Shown: positions 14,194 to 23,279 of the stretch, in pieces
How positions within the stretch are numbered: position 1 is the stretch's first letter
Layout of the letters: every line of letters starts with the position of its first letter
NCBI RefSeq assembly: GCF_035594765.1
Contig: NC_085841.1
Location: 91,683,574 to 91,747,573 of the forward strand
Reading direction: 5' to 3'
Source: Anolis carolinensis
Lineage: Eukaryota
Length of the DNA stretch: 64,000 bases
Program-made: the position numbers and the translations under genes
The notes under the pieces: generated by a model
Database searches by the model: none
Told to the model about the DNA's origin: nothing
Seen by the model: only the letters and a program-made list of their open reading frames with translations

Positions 14194-15665
14194 TACCAAA
14201 TGGACATTAAATTGAGGTTCATACCATTAATATTCGGACAGATTGCTATGCCCAATTAGATTGCAAGGGGATTTATATAGGATTTCCTACAAGGAGCGAT
14301 TTCAGCTCTCTGCCTTCTTTCAGAACCTATTCCAATATAGATGGTTAAAAAAGCTGAACAAACACACAAAAAACCCATGGTTTGGTTGATACAATTAGCA
14401 TCTTCCTCAGGGAAAAAGAGACATAAAGGTTATCCCCATTCTAGCAGAGCCTACATATAGCTATCTCTGAGGTCAGATGCCACTTAGCTATTCTTCATAA
14501 CAATAAAGCAGAGGCAGGTAACTTTTGGCTGCTTGGCTAAGGAGAGTAGTAATTGCAACTCAATAGCATCTGGAAGGGCATCCTACGAAGCTCATTGAGA
14601 CCCCTCTCCTCTAATTTACAAGGCTTTCCATAAATAAGAGGACATATTTGTTTCATCTTTTTCTTTACCTGAACATTTTTAAATAAGAGTTGTTGTGCAC
14701 CATGAAGACCCTCACTGTTTACCCTAGTTAAATCCTTTTTAGTTAGAAGGATTCATATTTTATGTACAGTTTCTGGGCGGTCAGTTAAGACAGCCTTTTT
14801 GCATTTGAAGACTCTGTCGCTCTGCCCCTTTAAGAATCCCCTCTGTGGCGAAGCCTCAGGCAAGGCACTTCTGGTTCTTGGAGGAGTCAGCCTTTTCATG
14901 ACTGGAAGATGAAGAGAGAGGAAGGCCAGAAGGTCTACAAATAGCACATCCAGTCAGAGCTGGCCCATCTTAGAGGCAGCTGAACACCATACAAGAAAGA
15001 GACAATTAGAAGAAGAAACTTCCCCCCACTGCACAGCTGGGGGAGGGAAGGGGATTTGCCCCCTCCCAACGAAGGAGAGACTTCTGGAAGGGGGCGGGGC
15101 TTCTAGGAAGCTGCCCGCCTCTTAGATCACTCACTTTTGGAGCTTCGACGTGAGAGGATCCAAGAGTGGGAGCTCCTGTCCCTTGGTGCCGAGGTCCAGG
15201 AGGAGAACGTCGAGGGAGATTTATCCCCTTTTTTCATCTGTTTATACTACTGCTTTGAGGTCTGTATAGGAAGGGAGAGAGGCTGAGGCAGTGGAGCCAG
15301 GGTTGGCCTTGGCTGCTGCTTGGCTTCTCCCTCGACGTCATTGTGCCTGGTAATGTTAAGAATTTGTTTGGAAATTAATTTGCTTCCCCAGTTCTAAGGG
15401 GTTTTGGGCGGAGGAGGGTGCGTGCGGGGCCCGCGCGCCTCTTCTCCGTTCCTCCCTTCTTCCTTTGCATGGTCCTGAGCCTTATTAGTGTGAAGGTGTA
15501 GGCGGGGGCTTTACTTTTGGGAGATATGGGGATGATGTACCTTTTTTCCATGTTTAAGTTGGCTTTATTTATTGTGTAATTTTATTTGGATGGTATGAAT
15601 GATGAATTGGTTGTTTGGGTTGCTTTTTGATTTGACGTTTGGGAATGGAAGCTATGTGGTAGGGT

Positions 15666-16200
15666 CGCCATTTTTATTACCAGTCTTATGTAGAGGTGTT
15701 GCTGGGCAGATTGGCTGTGTTTGTGGCGCGAATTCCCTGTTGCTGGACAGATTGCCATAGCCGTTAGTGTCGGTTCTGTGAATTTCGCGCTCTTTTTGCT
15801 TGTAGTTTGCCGCGGTTTTTTCCTTGGGCAGCCATGTTGGTTGCCAGGTTGGGTGAGGGCTGGTCAGCCATTTTACTTGTGGGCATGGGCAAGTGTTTGC
15901 GGCGGCCATATTTGTTAAGGGAATTAGGCTGGAAAGGACGGGCGCCATGTTGAGTGAGGGCTGGTCAGCCATTTTACTTGTGGGCATGGGCAAGTGTTTG
16001 CGGCGGCCATATTTGTTAAGGGAATTAGGCTGGAAAGGACGGGCGGCCATTTTTGTAGCTGGCATATTAAATAGTACAATGGTGGCCATTTTGTTGATCG
16101 GTCGGCCATCTTTGTTAAGGGAAGGGCAGCCATTTTAGGTGCTTCATGGCAGCCATTTTACGGAACGTTTTTAAGGGATTCTAATGGCGGTGGCCATTTT
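15666..16200 (+). promoter_or_regulatory. Unidirectional array of YY1-like GCCATNTT motifs with a 101-bp tandem duplication
   Basis: About 13 GCCATNTT sites, all on the + strand; duplicated unit starts at 15853 and 15954. Confidence 0.6.
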
Positions 16201-16756
16201 TAATTTGGGCATACTCACATTGCATTGGTTTAATGCTATAACAATTGATGGTATTGACTGATTGGTTTTTAAAAATACAAATGGATTATTAGTAATTGAT
16301 TAGATGGTTCAAGTTAAGTCATTGATAATGTATGGAGATTAATTAATTCATATGTATTTATGGTGGCTGATTAATTAATGAATTGATATTGGGGTTAATT
16401 GATTAATATATTTAATTAATTTCATGGGGTAATTTATTTAATATGCTATTGAGGACAATAAATTAATGAGATTCTCTATATAAATTGGGGTATTAACTTA
16501 TTGAATTAATTTTAATATCATGTTTATATAGTAGGTGCATATCAGTGTGTGGTATTGTATGCTTTAATTAAATGGATGCTTGGTTGCTTTTGATTTAAGA
16601 AATGTTAGTCGCTTCGGGTCCCTTGGCTTGGATAGGGTAGGGAGTTGGCTCATTCTAGTTTCTGCCAGCCCCCCCCCCCCCCCCACTTATTTGCTACTGA
16701 ACTTTCTTCCTCAATATTAACTTTTCGTGGTCTTACTGAACTTCTTATTTTGCAGT

Positions 16757-18109
16757 ATGCCACCGAAGAAGAATGTTGGGGGGCCTAAGGGCAAGGGACC
16801 TGCGAAGAAGATTCCAGCAAAGCGCCCGCCTCCACCAAGTGGTCCTTCAACCGAGGATGAAGATTCTGCACAGTTGTTGGGAGTGTTGGTCGCCCGGATC
16901 GAGGCACTGGAAAGAGAGAAAGCAGCGGCTGCTGCTGCGGAGGCGCAGAAGGCTGGTGGGGGCAGTAACACCGGGTTAATTAGGTCCTTATTTTCCCGTA
17001 TTTCTGCCTTAGAAGGGGAAAGGAGTGCTGCAGTGCCTGTCGCTGATGCGGGCCTGGTTACATCTACGCCGGTGACCGCTGAAGCTGTTCCATCTACTTC
17101 GGCGGCAGCAGCTGAGATGAGAAGTGCCGTATCCGCTTTAGGTAAAGGGGACACACACACTTTCCCTTGGGGAGTGGCAGACTCTCAAGATCTTATCACA
17201 ACCCAAGCACGTGACGAGCCTGTTCCATCAACCAGCGGCACGCAATTAGCTATCGTGGCTCCGGTGGTTGAGACACCAAGCGTGGTGGTAGCCTCTTTGG
17301 ATTCAACACCTACTATTGAGAATTCTTTGTGTTTTTGGGGCACGGCTGATTGGCCTTTGCCGGCCTCCGATAGCCTTAGTGCTACAGCTTTAGGCTCGCA
17401 TTTGGCTCAAAAGACAATTGATAAAATTTTAAGGAATGAATACATCGACATTTTTACCCTGTATTTCAGGGAACTTGATAAGAAAGAAAAAGATGATTTA
17501 GATGATGAAAGAAAGGAAATTATGAAAAAACGCAAAGTGGACCAGAATTGGGGCAATTGGTTCTCTTGCTTTTTAATTTACGGAGGGGTTCTAGTGAAGG
17601 CTTACCCTTCCAGAGCCCATTCTCTTTTTCAGTACATGAACATTATCAATTCGGCTTATGTAAATTTTACAGGTAGCGCTTGGCTCTTGTATGACAAGCG
17701 CTTTAGGCTTCGTGCGGCTCACTCTCCAACTTTGCGCTGGGATTTGATTGACCATCAGCTGTGGTTGGAGGTTCTAACTCCGGCACGTCCCGTTGCGGGC
17801 GAGAAGGCCGACAGTGGGCACACAATTCAAAATTCTCGAGCTGGGCAGTCCTTTCGTCAGCATCCATATTCCCAGTATCAGCAACCACAGCAATCTCAAC
17901 AACGCTTGCTATGCTGGGAATATTCTTCGCAGGGAGTTTGTTCCCGAAGAGGTTGCAAGTTCCAGCACGTTTGTGCCATCTGTTCAGGGCAACATTCTTC
18001 CAAATTTTGCAGTAAGGGAAAACCTGGTAAGGGTGGGGGAAAGAGTAACCACGATCCCAGGAGAGGTTTCGGCTCAGGTGGGTTTTCCAAAGGGGCCCAG
18101 CCCAATTAA
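16757..18109 (+). CDS. Ngaro ORF1 Gag-like protein
   Basis: ATG at 16757 (MPPKK...); basic N-terminus; putative coiled coils (LVARIEALERE, LFSRISALEGE); WLLYDKRFR...W block; C-terminal Cys/His knuckle CWEYSSQGVCSRRGCKFQHVCAICSGQHSSKFC. Confidence 0.85.
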   Translation: MPPKKNVGGPKGKGPAKKIPAKRPPPPSGPSTEDEDSAQLLGVLVARIEALEREKAAAAAAEAQKAGGGSNTGLIRSLFSRISALEGERSAAVPVADAGLVTSTPVTAEAVPSTSAAAAEMRSAVSALGKGDTHTFPWGVADSQDLITTQARDEPVPSTSGTQLAIVAPVVETPSVVVASLDSTPTIENSLCFWGTADWPLPASDSLSATALGSHLAQKTIDKILRNEYIDIFTLYFRELDKKEKDDLDDERKEIMKKRKVDQNWGNWFSCFLIYGGVLVKAYPSRAHSLFQYMNIINSAYVNFTGSAWLLYDKRFRLRAAHSPTLRWDLIDHQLWLEVLTPARPVAGEKADSGHTIQNSRAGQSFRQHPYSQYQQPQQSQQRLLCWEYSSQGVCSRRGCKFQHVCAICSGQHSSKFCSKGKPGKGGGKSNHDPRRGFGSGGFSKGAQPN

Positions 18110-18478
18110 TCTAGTTCAGTTAGATTTGTGGTTATCCAGTTATCCCAATTTAGGCGCAGCTAGTTATCTGCGTGCTGGGTTTTTTGAGGGTTTTAGGATT
18201 CCTGCAATGGGACATAGAGCTCCTTTCAGGGCACCGAATCTGAAATCCGTTATTGGCATGGAAGACGTTGTCCTTGCTAAAATCAATAAGGAAGTTGCAG
18301 AGGGTAGGGTTCTTGGCCCATTTAGGTCTCCTCCCACTCCTAGGTTAAGGGTTTCACCATTAGGGATTGTTCCAAAGAAGGCACCAGGGGAGTTTCGACT
18401 CATTCACCACCTTTCCTATCCCAGGGGAAGGTCAGTGAATGACGCGATTCCTGATGATTTTTGTACAGTCCACTATAC
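18090..18478 (+). CDS. Ngaro ORF2 reverse transcriptase, N-terminal part (interrupted by a solo LTR)
   Basis: DIRS-type RT motifs KINKEVAEGRVLGPF, VSPLGIVPKK, FRLIHHLSYP, SVNDAI. Frame is +1 relative to gag and open from 17793; the true start is unknown. Confidence 0.9.
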
Positions 18479-19454
18479 TGTGATGAGTCATGGGCCATGT
18501 AGTCCCGTTCATGGCACTGTAGTCCCAGATGAAGAGGAGAACTTGGGTTTTTCACCGTCTCAGTCAGAATTGGAACCTTCCCAGCCAGATTTGGGAACCT
18601 TGCACCTGCAAGAGATTTGTCTTCCAGAAATCTGTCAAACAAGCCCTGAGTCTAAATCTCCTGTGTTTTCTCGCCACGAGTTTTGTAAACATCAGAGAGC
18701 AGTTCAAGCGGCCTCTCGTAGGAGTGCTAGGATAGCTGCTAAGAATTCAGCTGATTAAGCCTGCTTTCCATGGGAAACCTTAAGGAGTCATGCATCTGGA
18801 CTCAGAGATTAGCTTTCGTTTCTAGTTCCCCAGAGAACTGCTCTTTGGTGGGAAAACTAGACCCTATTTAGGTGTTTTACCCACAAAGGCATCTTGCGGA
18901 GTCAATTCGTCAGCTACTGGAGTGAGTTGTGTGTGGACAGCGCGCTCCGTTTCCAAGCCTCGTTCCTGTTTCAAGCCTTGTTCCTGATTCCAAGCCTTCG
19001 CTCCGTTTCCAAGCCTTCGTTCCCGTTTCCAGCCTTGTTTACCTCCACGGACCTTGCCTTGTTTTCCAGGACTCAGCCTTGCCTTGTCTTCCGGATTTTG
19101 CCAAGTAATTCCACGGATCTTGTTCTCGCTCCTCGTTCCTTGTTGCCTTGTATCAAGCCTTGTTTCAAGTTATTTCCTAGCCTTGCTCAAGTTCATGGAC
19201 TAAAGGACCTTGTCATCTCCCCTCACTTTGCCTGGCAAAGTGAGTGTTTCGGTTATTGGATTACAACTTTGGACCTTAATACTTCATATTGGACATTGTT
19301 TCTTTGGACTAATTTTGACCTTTCCTGAAAGGTCTAATTCTGGACTATTTTCTACACTTGTTTTTATTAACTTTATATACTCCTTCAATAAAGATATTAG
19401 ATAGATTCTGGCCTCTGTGTATGGTTATTGGTGCCCTGCAGCCGGGTCGTGACA
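18479..19454 (+). mobile_element. Solo LTR, family A copy 1 (probably Gypsy-type), 976 bp
   Basis: TGTGATGA...TCGTGACA termini; perfect 5-bp TSD TATAC (18474-18478, 19455-19459); AATAAA near 19387; homologous to 35293-36198. Confidence 0.92.
18483..18758 (+). CDS. Putative 91-aa LTR U3-encoded protein ending in RRSARIAAK (copy 1)
   Basis: ATG at LTR position 5; same length and same stop as copy 2; only synonymous changes across the C-terminal motif. Confidence 0.55.
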   Translation: MSHGPCSPVHGTVVPDEEENLGFSPSQSELEPSQPDLGTLHLQEICLPEICQTSPESKSPVFSRHEFCKHQRAVQAASRRSARIAAKNSAD

Positions 19455-19459
19455 TATAC

Positions 19460-20663
19460 TTCTTTTGATTCGGCGGTTAGGAAAGTTAGATCTAGGGGGC
19501 CGGCGGCAGAATTGGCAAAGTGTGACATCAAGTCTGCTTTCCGGCTACTGCCTGTACATCCGCTGGACTTCGAGCTGTTGGGTTTTCAGTTCAACGGGTT
19601 GTACTATATGGACAGGGCTCTTCCCATGGGCTGTTCAGTTTCCTGTGCTGCTTTTGAGTCCTTTAGCACCTTTTTGGAGTGGGCCCTTAAATCAAAATCG
19701 GGTTTATCGGGGGTTGTGCACTACCTGGATGATTTTTTATTTATAGGGATGTCTGGTTCTGGAGAATGCGAATTTCTTCTGCATTCTTTTCAGGAACTGG
19801 CCGATCAGTTAGGGGTTCCCTTAGCCCCCGATAAAACAGAGGGCCCGGCTACTAAATTGACCTTTTTGGGGATTGAGCTTGATACAGTGCAGCAAGCCTC
19901 CAGTTTACCTAGGGAGAAAGTTTTTAATCTAGTATATAGGATTCGAGCTTTTGTTACCCGTAACAAGGCCACATTGCGGGAGTTTCAGGAGCTTATTGGG
20001 CATTTAAATTTTGCATGCAGAGTCATAGCTCCTGGGCGTCCTTTGTTGCGCAGACTCTGCGATGCTATTTCTGGGGTTAGACTTCCGCACTATCATGTGC
20101 GGATTACACGTGGGATCAAAGCTGATTTGGACATTTGGTTACAATTTTTAAATCAATATAATGGGATTTCCTTTTGGAGACAGGATCTTTTGTTGAAGGA
20201 TGCTCTTCAGATAGCTTCTGATGCTTCTGGAGCCATCGGCTTTGGTGTATTTTTTAATGGGCATTGGTGTGCCGAGCTTTGGCCCAGGGAGTGGCATACC
20301 AAGGGTATAACGTCCGATTTAACATTTTTGGAGTTTTTTCCAATTTTGGTGGCTGTCACGCTGTGGGCTGATCAAATGACAAATTCCACCGTTCATTTTT
20401 GGTGTGATAACCAGGCTACGGTGCAGGTTATCAATTCTTTAACATCTAAGTCAGTCAGACTGATGAAGGCTTTGAGGTTTTTTACACTCCACTGTCTAAA
20501 GTATAATATGTTTAAAGCTTTTCATATTGCAGGGACAGATAATTCTCTCGCTGATGCTCTGTCCCGTATGCAGATGGATCGCTTCAGGCAGCTTGCCCCC
20601 AGCGCAGATTTGCACCCCCAGAACATGCCGGTCCATCTTTGGAAAATTGGGAACAGTCCATAG
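19460..20663 (+). CDS. Ngaro ORF2 RT core and RNase H
   Basis: RT motifs KCDIKSAF, LPMGCSVS, HYLDDF, FLGIELD; RNase H motifs SDASG, FLEFFPI, WCDN, NSLADALSR. Removing the LTR and one TSD gives in-frame ...DDFCTVHYTSFDSAV... Confidence 0.95.
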
Positions 20664-21553
20664 TCCGGGGAATGAAGTTGGCTTTGGCCACGACTTCCAG
20701 AAAATCTTACGTCAGAGCGGTGCAGGAGTTTCATGAGTTTAAAAAGTTGTATGCCATAAGTTCTGTTTCACCGATTCCATATGAGCACGTCGCACAGTTT
20801 GGTGTTTTTCTGGAAAGGAAGGGGTTGGCCCCTCAAACTATTCGTGCGAAATTATCTGCCCTGGCTTATTGGCTTAAGGCTCAGGGCTTTCCAGATGTTA
20901 CAGCCGATTTTAGGCTTCGCAAATGGCTGGAAGGTTTGTCGCGGGAGCAGGTTAGGCCACGTGACTGCCGTCAGCCATTGACACCTGAAATTCTCAAAGG
21001 CTTAAAGCAAATTTGGCCCAAAATTTGTGAATCTCATTACGAAGCTTTGCTATTGCAGGCAGCGGCTCTCACCGCTTTCTTTGGGGCTCTTCGTATTAGT
21101 GAGCTGGTCGCCTCTTCAAAGGCTGATCAATCTAGAAGGGCCTTGCAATTTTCGGACCTGCGGCTCCAGCAGGACAAATTGGAATTGTTTATCAGGACTT
21201 CTAAAACGGATCAAAAAGGGAAGGGTTCCATTATCAAATTGGGATGCTGTAGTGATTTGGAATTATGCCCAGTTGCAGCTTTGTCATCTTTTGTGTCCTG
21301 CAGAGGAACGTCAGCTGGTTTTCTTTTTTGTCATTGGGATGGAGCACCGTTGACAAAATACCAGTTCTGGGCCTTGACTTCTAAGGCCTTAGGAATGTTG
21401 GGTATCAAAGATCAGAAATTTGGTACTCATTCCTTTAGAATTGGGGCTGCTTCCACTGCTGCTGTTATGGGCTACTCTATAGACAAAATTAAGATGTTGG
21501 GAAGATGGAAATCTGGTGCCTACCATGCGTATGTGCGTCATATATCGGATTAG
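20639..21553 (+). CDS. Ngaro ORF3 tyrosine recombinase
   Basis: Catalytic set present: FFGALRISEL (R), SKTDQ (K), THSFRIG (HxxR), GRWKS..YHAY (W, Y). First ATG at 20672. Confidence 0.95.
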   Translation: MENWEQSIVRGMKLALATTSRKSYVRAVQEFHEFKKLYAISSVSPIPYEHVAQFGVFLERKGLAPQTIRAKLSALAYWLKAQGFPDVTADFRLRKWLEGLSREQVRPRDCRQPLTPEILKGLKQIWPKICESHYEALLLQAAALTAFFGALRISELVASSKADQSRRALQFSDLRLQQDKLELFIRTSKTDQKGKGSIIKLGCCSDLELCPVAALSSFVSCRGTSAGFLFCHWDGAPLTKYQFWALTSKALGMLGIKDQKFGTHSFRIGAASTAAVMGYSIDKIKMLGRWKSGAYHAYVRHISD

Positions 21554-21557
21554 TTAT

Positions 21558-22175
21558 ATGGCTTTTTGTTTTTCAGAACCCACCCTGTTGGCAAGTAGAC
21601 GACGCGTCCTGATTTGCGGGCACAGTTATGTGCACTGGGCAGAGCGACAGGCGCGCAGAGGTCCCTACGGCCAGCATCTCGGCCTCGCTTCCTTGGCTTT
21701 TGTTGAATGGAGGGGAAGAAGAGGTCTGCGGTGGGAGGGTTTGCTCCCTTTGTTGTTTGGGTCAGGGGTCCGTTTTCCACCTGACCTTATTGTTATGCAT
21801 TTGGGAGGCAATGATTTGGGGCTGCTTAAAGGCAGGGCCCTTTTTCTCCAGGTTTTAAATGACATGCACAAGATCCAGGAGGTGTGGCCTCATACCGGAT
21901 TGGCATGGTCAGCAATTATTCCTAGGCCACGTTGGCCCTATGGGGACGGTAAAAAATTGGACAAAGCAAGGAAACGGGTCAATAGGGCCCTGCGGAAGGT
22001 TTTGGAAAATGGCATGGGTTACTATATCCCTCATGACACCATTAGATTCAATGATTCGACGATGTATCGGACTGATGGGATCCATCTGTCCGAACTGGGC
22101 AACCAAATTTTCTTAGCGGATCTGCAGAAAGGAATTAGGGAAATTCTTTCGAATTTGGTGGGGGTCAGGAGCTAA
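21558..22175 (+). CDS. Ngaro ORF4 SGNH/GDSL-type hydrolase
   Basis: Block I ICGHSY, block II GRRG, block III HLGGNDL, block V DGIH. ATG at 21558; splice-acceptor-like TTTTTGTTTTTCAG ends at 21576. Confidence 0.9.
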   Translation: MAFCFSEPTLLASRRRVLICGHSYVHWAERQARRGPYGQHLGLASLAFVEWRGRRGLRWEGLLPLLFGSGVRFPPDLIVMHLGGNDLGLLKGRALFLQVLNDMHKIQEVWPHTGLAWSAIIPRPRWPYGDGKKLDKARKRVNRALRKVLENGMGYYIPHDTIRFNDSTMYRTDGIHLSELGNQIFLADLQKGIREILSNLVGVRS

Positions 22176-23139
22176 ATAGACATTTGCTCCTGAACTGTGG
22201 CGGAATGCTTAGGGGAATCTCTTATTTTGGTGTGCACCACAAGGCACCTCTGTTTTGGTGTTGGCCAGAGGCGTGAATCCTCGCTTAGGGTTTTTACAGC
22301 CCCAGCGAGGGTGAACGATTATGGCCTTGGAATGGGAGACTTTGACCTCATTTGTTTCGGAGGCAAAACTCTCCAACACATTCCCCTTTAGGTCATCCAG
22401 GTTTAGATAGACTGGGGACCTGGTGTTTCGCCCTAAATTCAGTCTTAATGGATGGTCGGGTATGACCACTAATATCGGCTTATGCCTTACCAAATTCTTA
22501 GATGGCTAAGGATTTTTGGCCCTAGTTCCAAATTAAAGTTAAATAGGTAACTATCAATAAAGTTGCCCAGTTTTAAACCCAAGCTTACTTGTCTTGTCTC
22601 GTTATTTCGGAGGGTTGGAGGGCAAATAAAGATTCAAGAGCCTCAGTTCAGCCAGAACTGTGTCTATCTCTCAAATACTACCTCATAAAGACTTTGTAGT
22701 GAGACTCAGAAGGAAAAGTCTAAAAGTCTAAAATTCTTGTCAGTTAATACATTCTTGTTTGAGTCAACTATATAGTCTCCGATCTTTTCCCTGAGCAGCC
22801 AGATTACCTTCCAAGTAAGATAATGTGCAATAGTTAAGATAATGTGGGGCAGAAAAAAAGTGGTAAATTTCGTCTAGATTGACCTATTGCCCTTTTTCTC
22901 AGTTCATAGTTTATTCTCATGCCAAATACCAATTAACTATAACGTTCATGTGATTTATGATACATGAGTGTGATCTGGTAATGCAATGTTTAAAATATAT
23001 GAGATAATTATTGCCCAATAATGATGAAACAAAATAGAAATTTACATCATTAATTGATGCATAATAAAGTGAATTATTATTAAAGTAAGCAAGTAAGGTA
23101 TAATGAAAATAGACGGAGAAGTTATTAATAAAGCTCAAA

Positions 23140-23182
23140 AAGTCCCCTTTTGGGTGAGAAGGGTGGGATATAAATGTTGTAA

Positions 23183-23221
<39 letters not shown>

Positions 23222-23223
23222 AT
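23140..23223 (+). mobile_element. L2-type 3' tail with (TAAA)n
   Basis: AGTCCCCTTTTGGGTGAGAAGGGTGGGATATAAAT followed by TAAA repeats. Confidence 0.7.
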
Positions 23224-23279
23224 GATAACAAAACTCACCTTACGTTGTTCACTTTGAAGTAAATTGCACTAATCCCAGT

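Larger units (their letters stand above)
15054..22628 (+). mobile_element. Ngaro-type tyrosine-recombinase (DIRS order) retrotransposon, near full length, antisense within an NKAIN2 intron
   Basis: ORF order gag - RT/RNase H - YR - SGNH hydrolase; no methyltransferase domain seen; CpG-rich against a CpG-poor background; AATAAA at 22556. The 5' boundary is approximate. Confidence 0.9.

Noticed and set aside
15652-16138. ORFs rich in KMAA/NMAA or AAIL repeats
   Set aside because: Translations of the repeated GCCATNTT DNA motif.
18080-18086. GGGTTTT as a canonical -1 slippery heptamer
   Set aside because: Wrong phase: pol is +1 to gag, so a -1 shift would not reach RT.
18894-19404. Downstream LTR ORFs (MRSQFV..., MSSPLT...) present in both family A copies
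   Set aside because: They start at non-ATG codons; the first differs in length and frame between copies across an indel-rich repeat, and the second lies in near-identical sequence that gives no evidence of coding selection.
20639-21553. Bacterial or phage contamination suggested by an integrase-like recombinase and GDSL hydrolase
   Set aside because: Linked to DIRS-type RT/RNase H and gag, interrupted by a host-genome LTR, and contiguous with lizard repeats.
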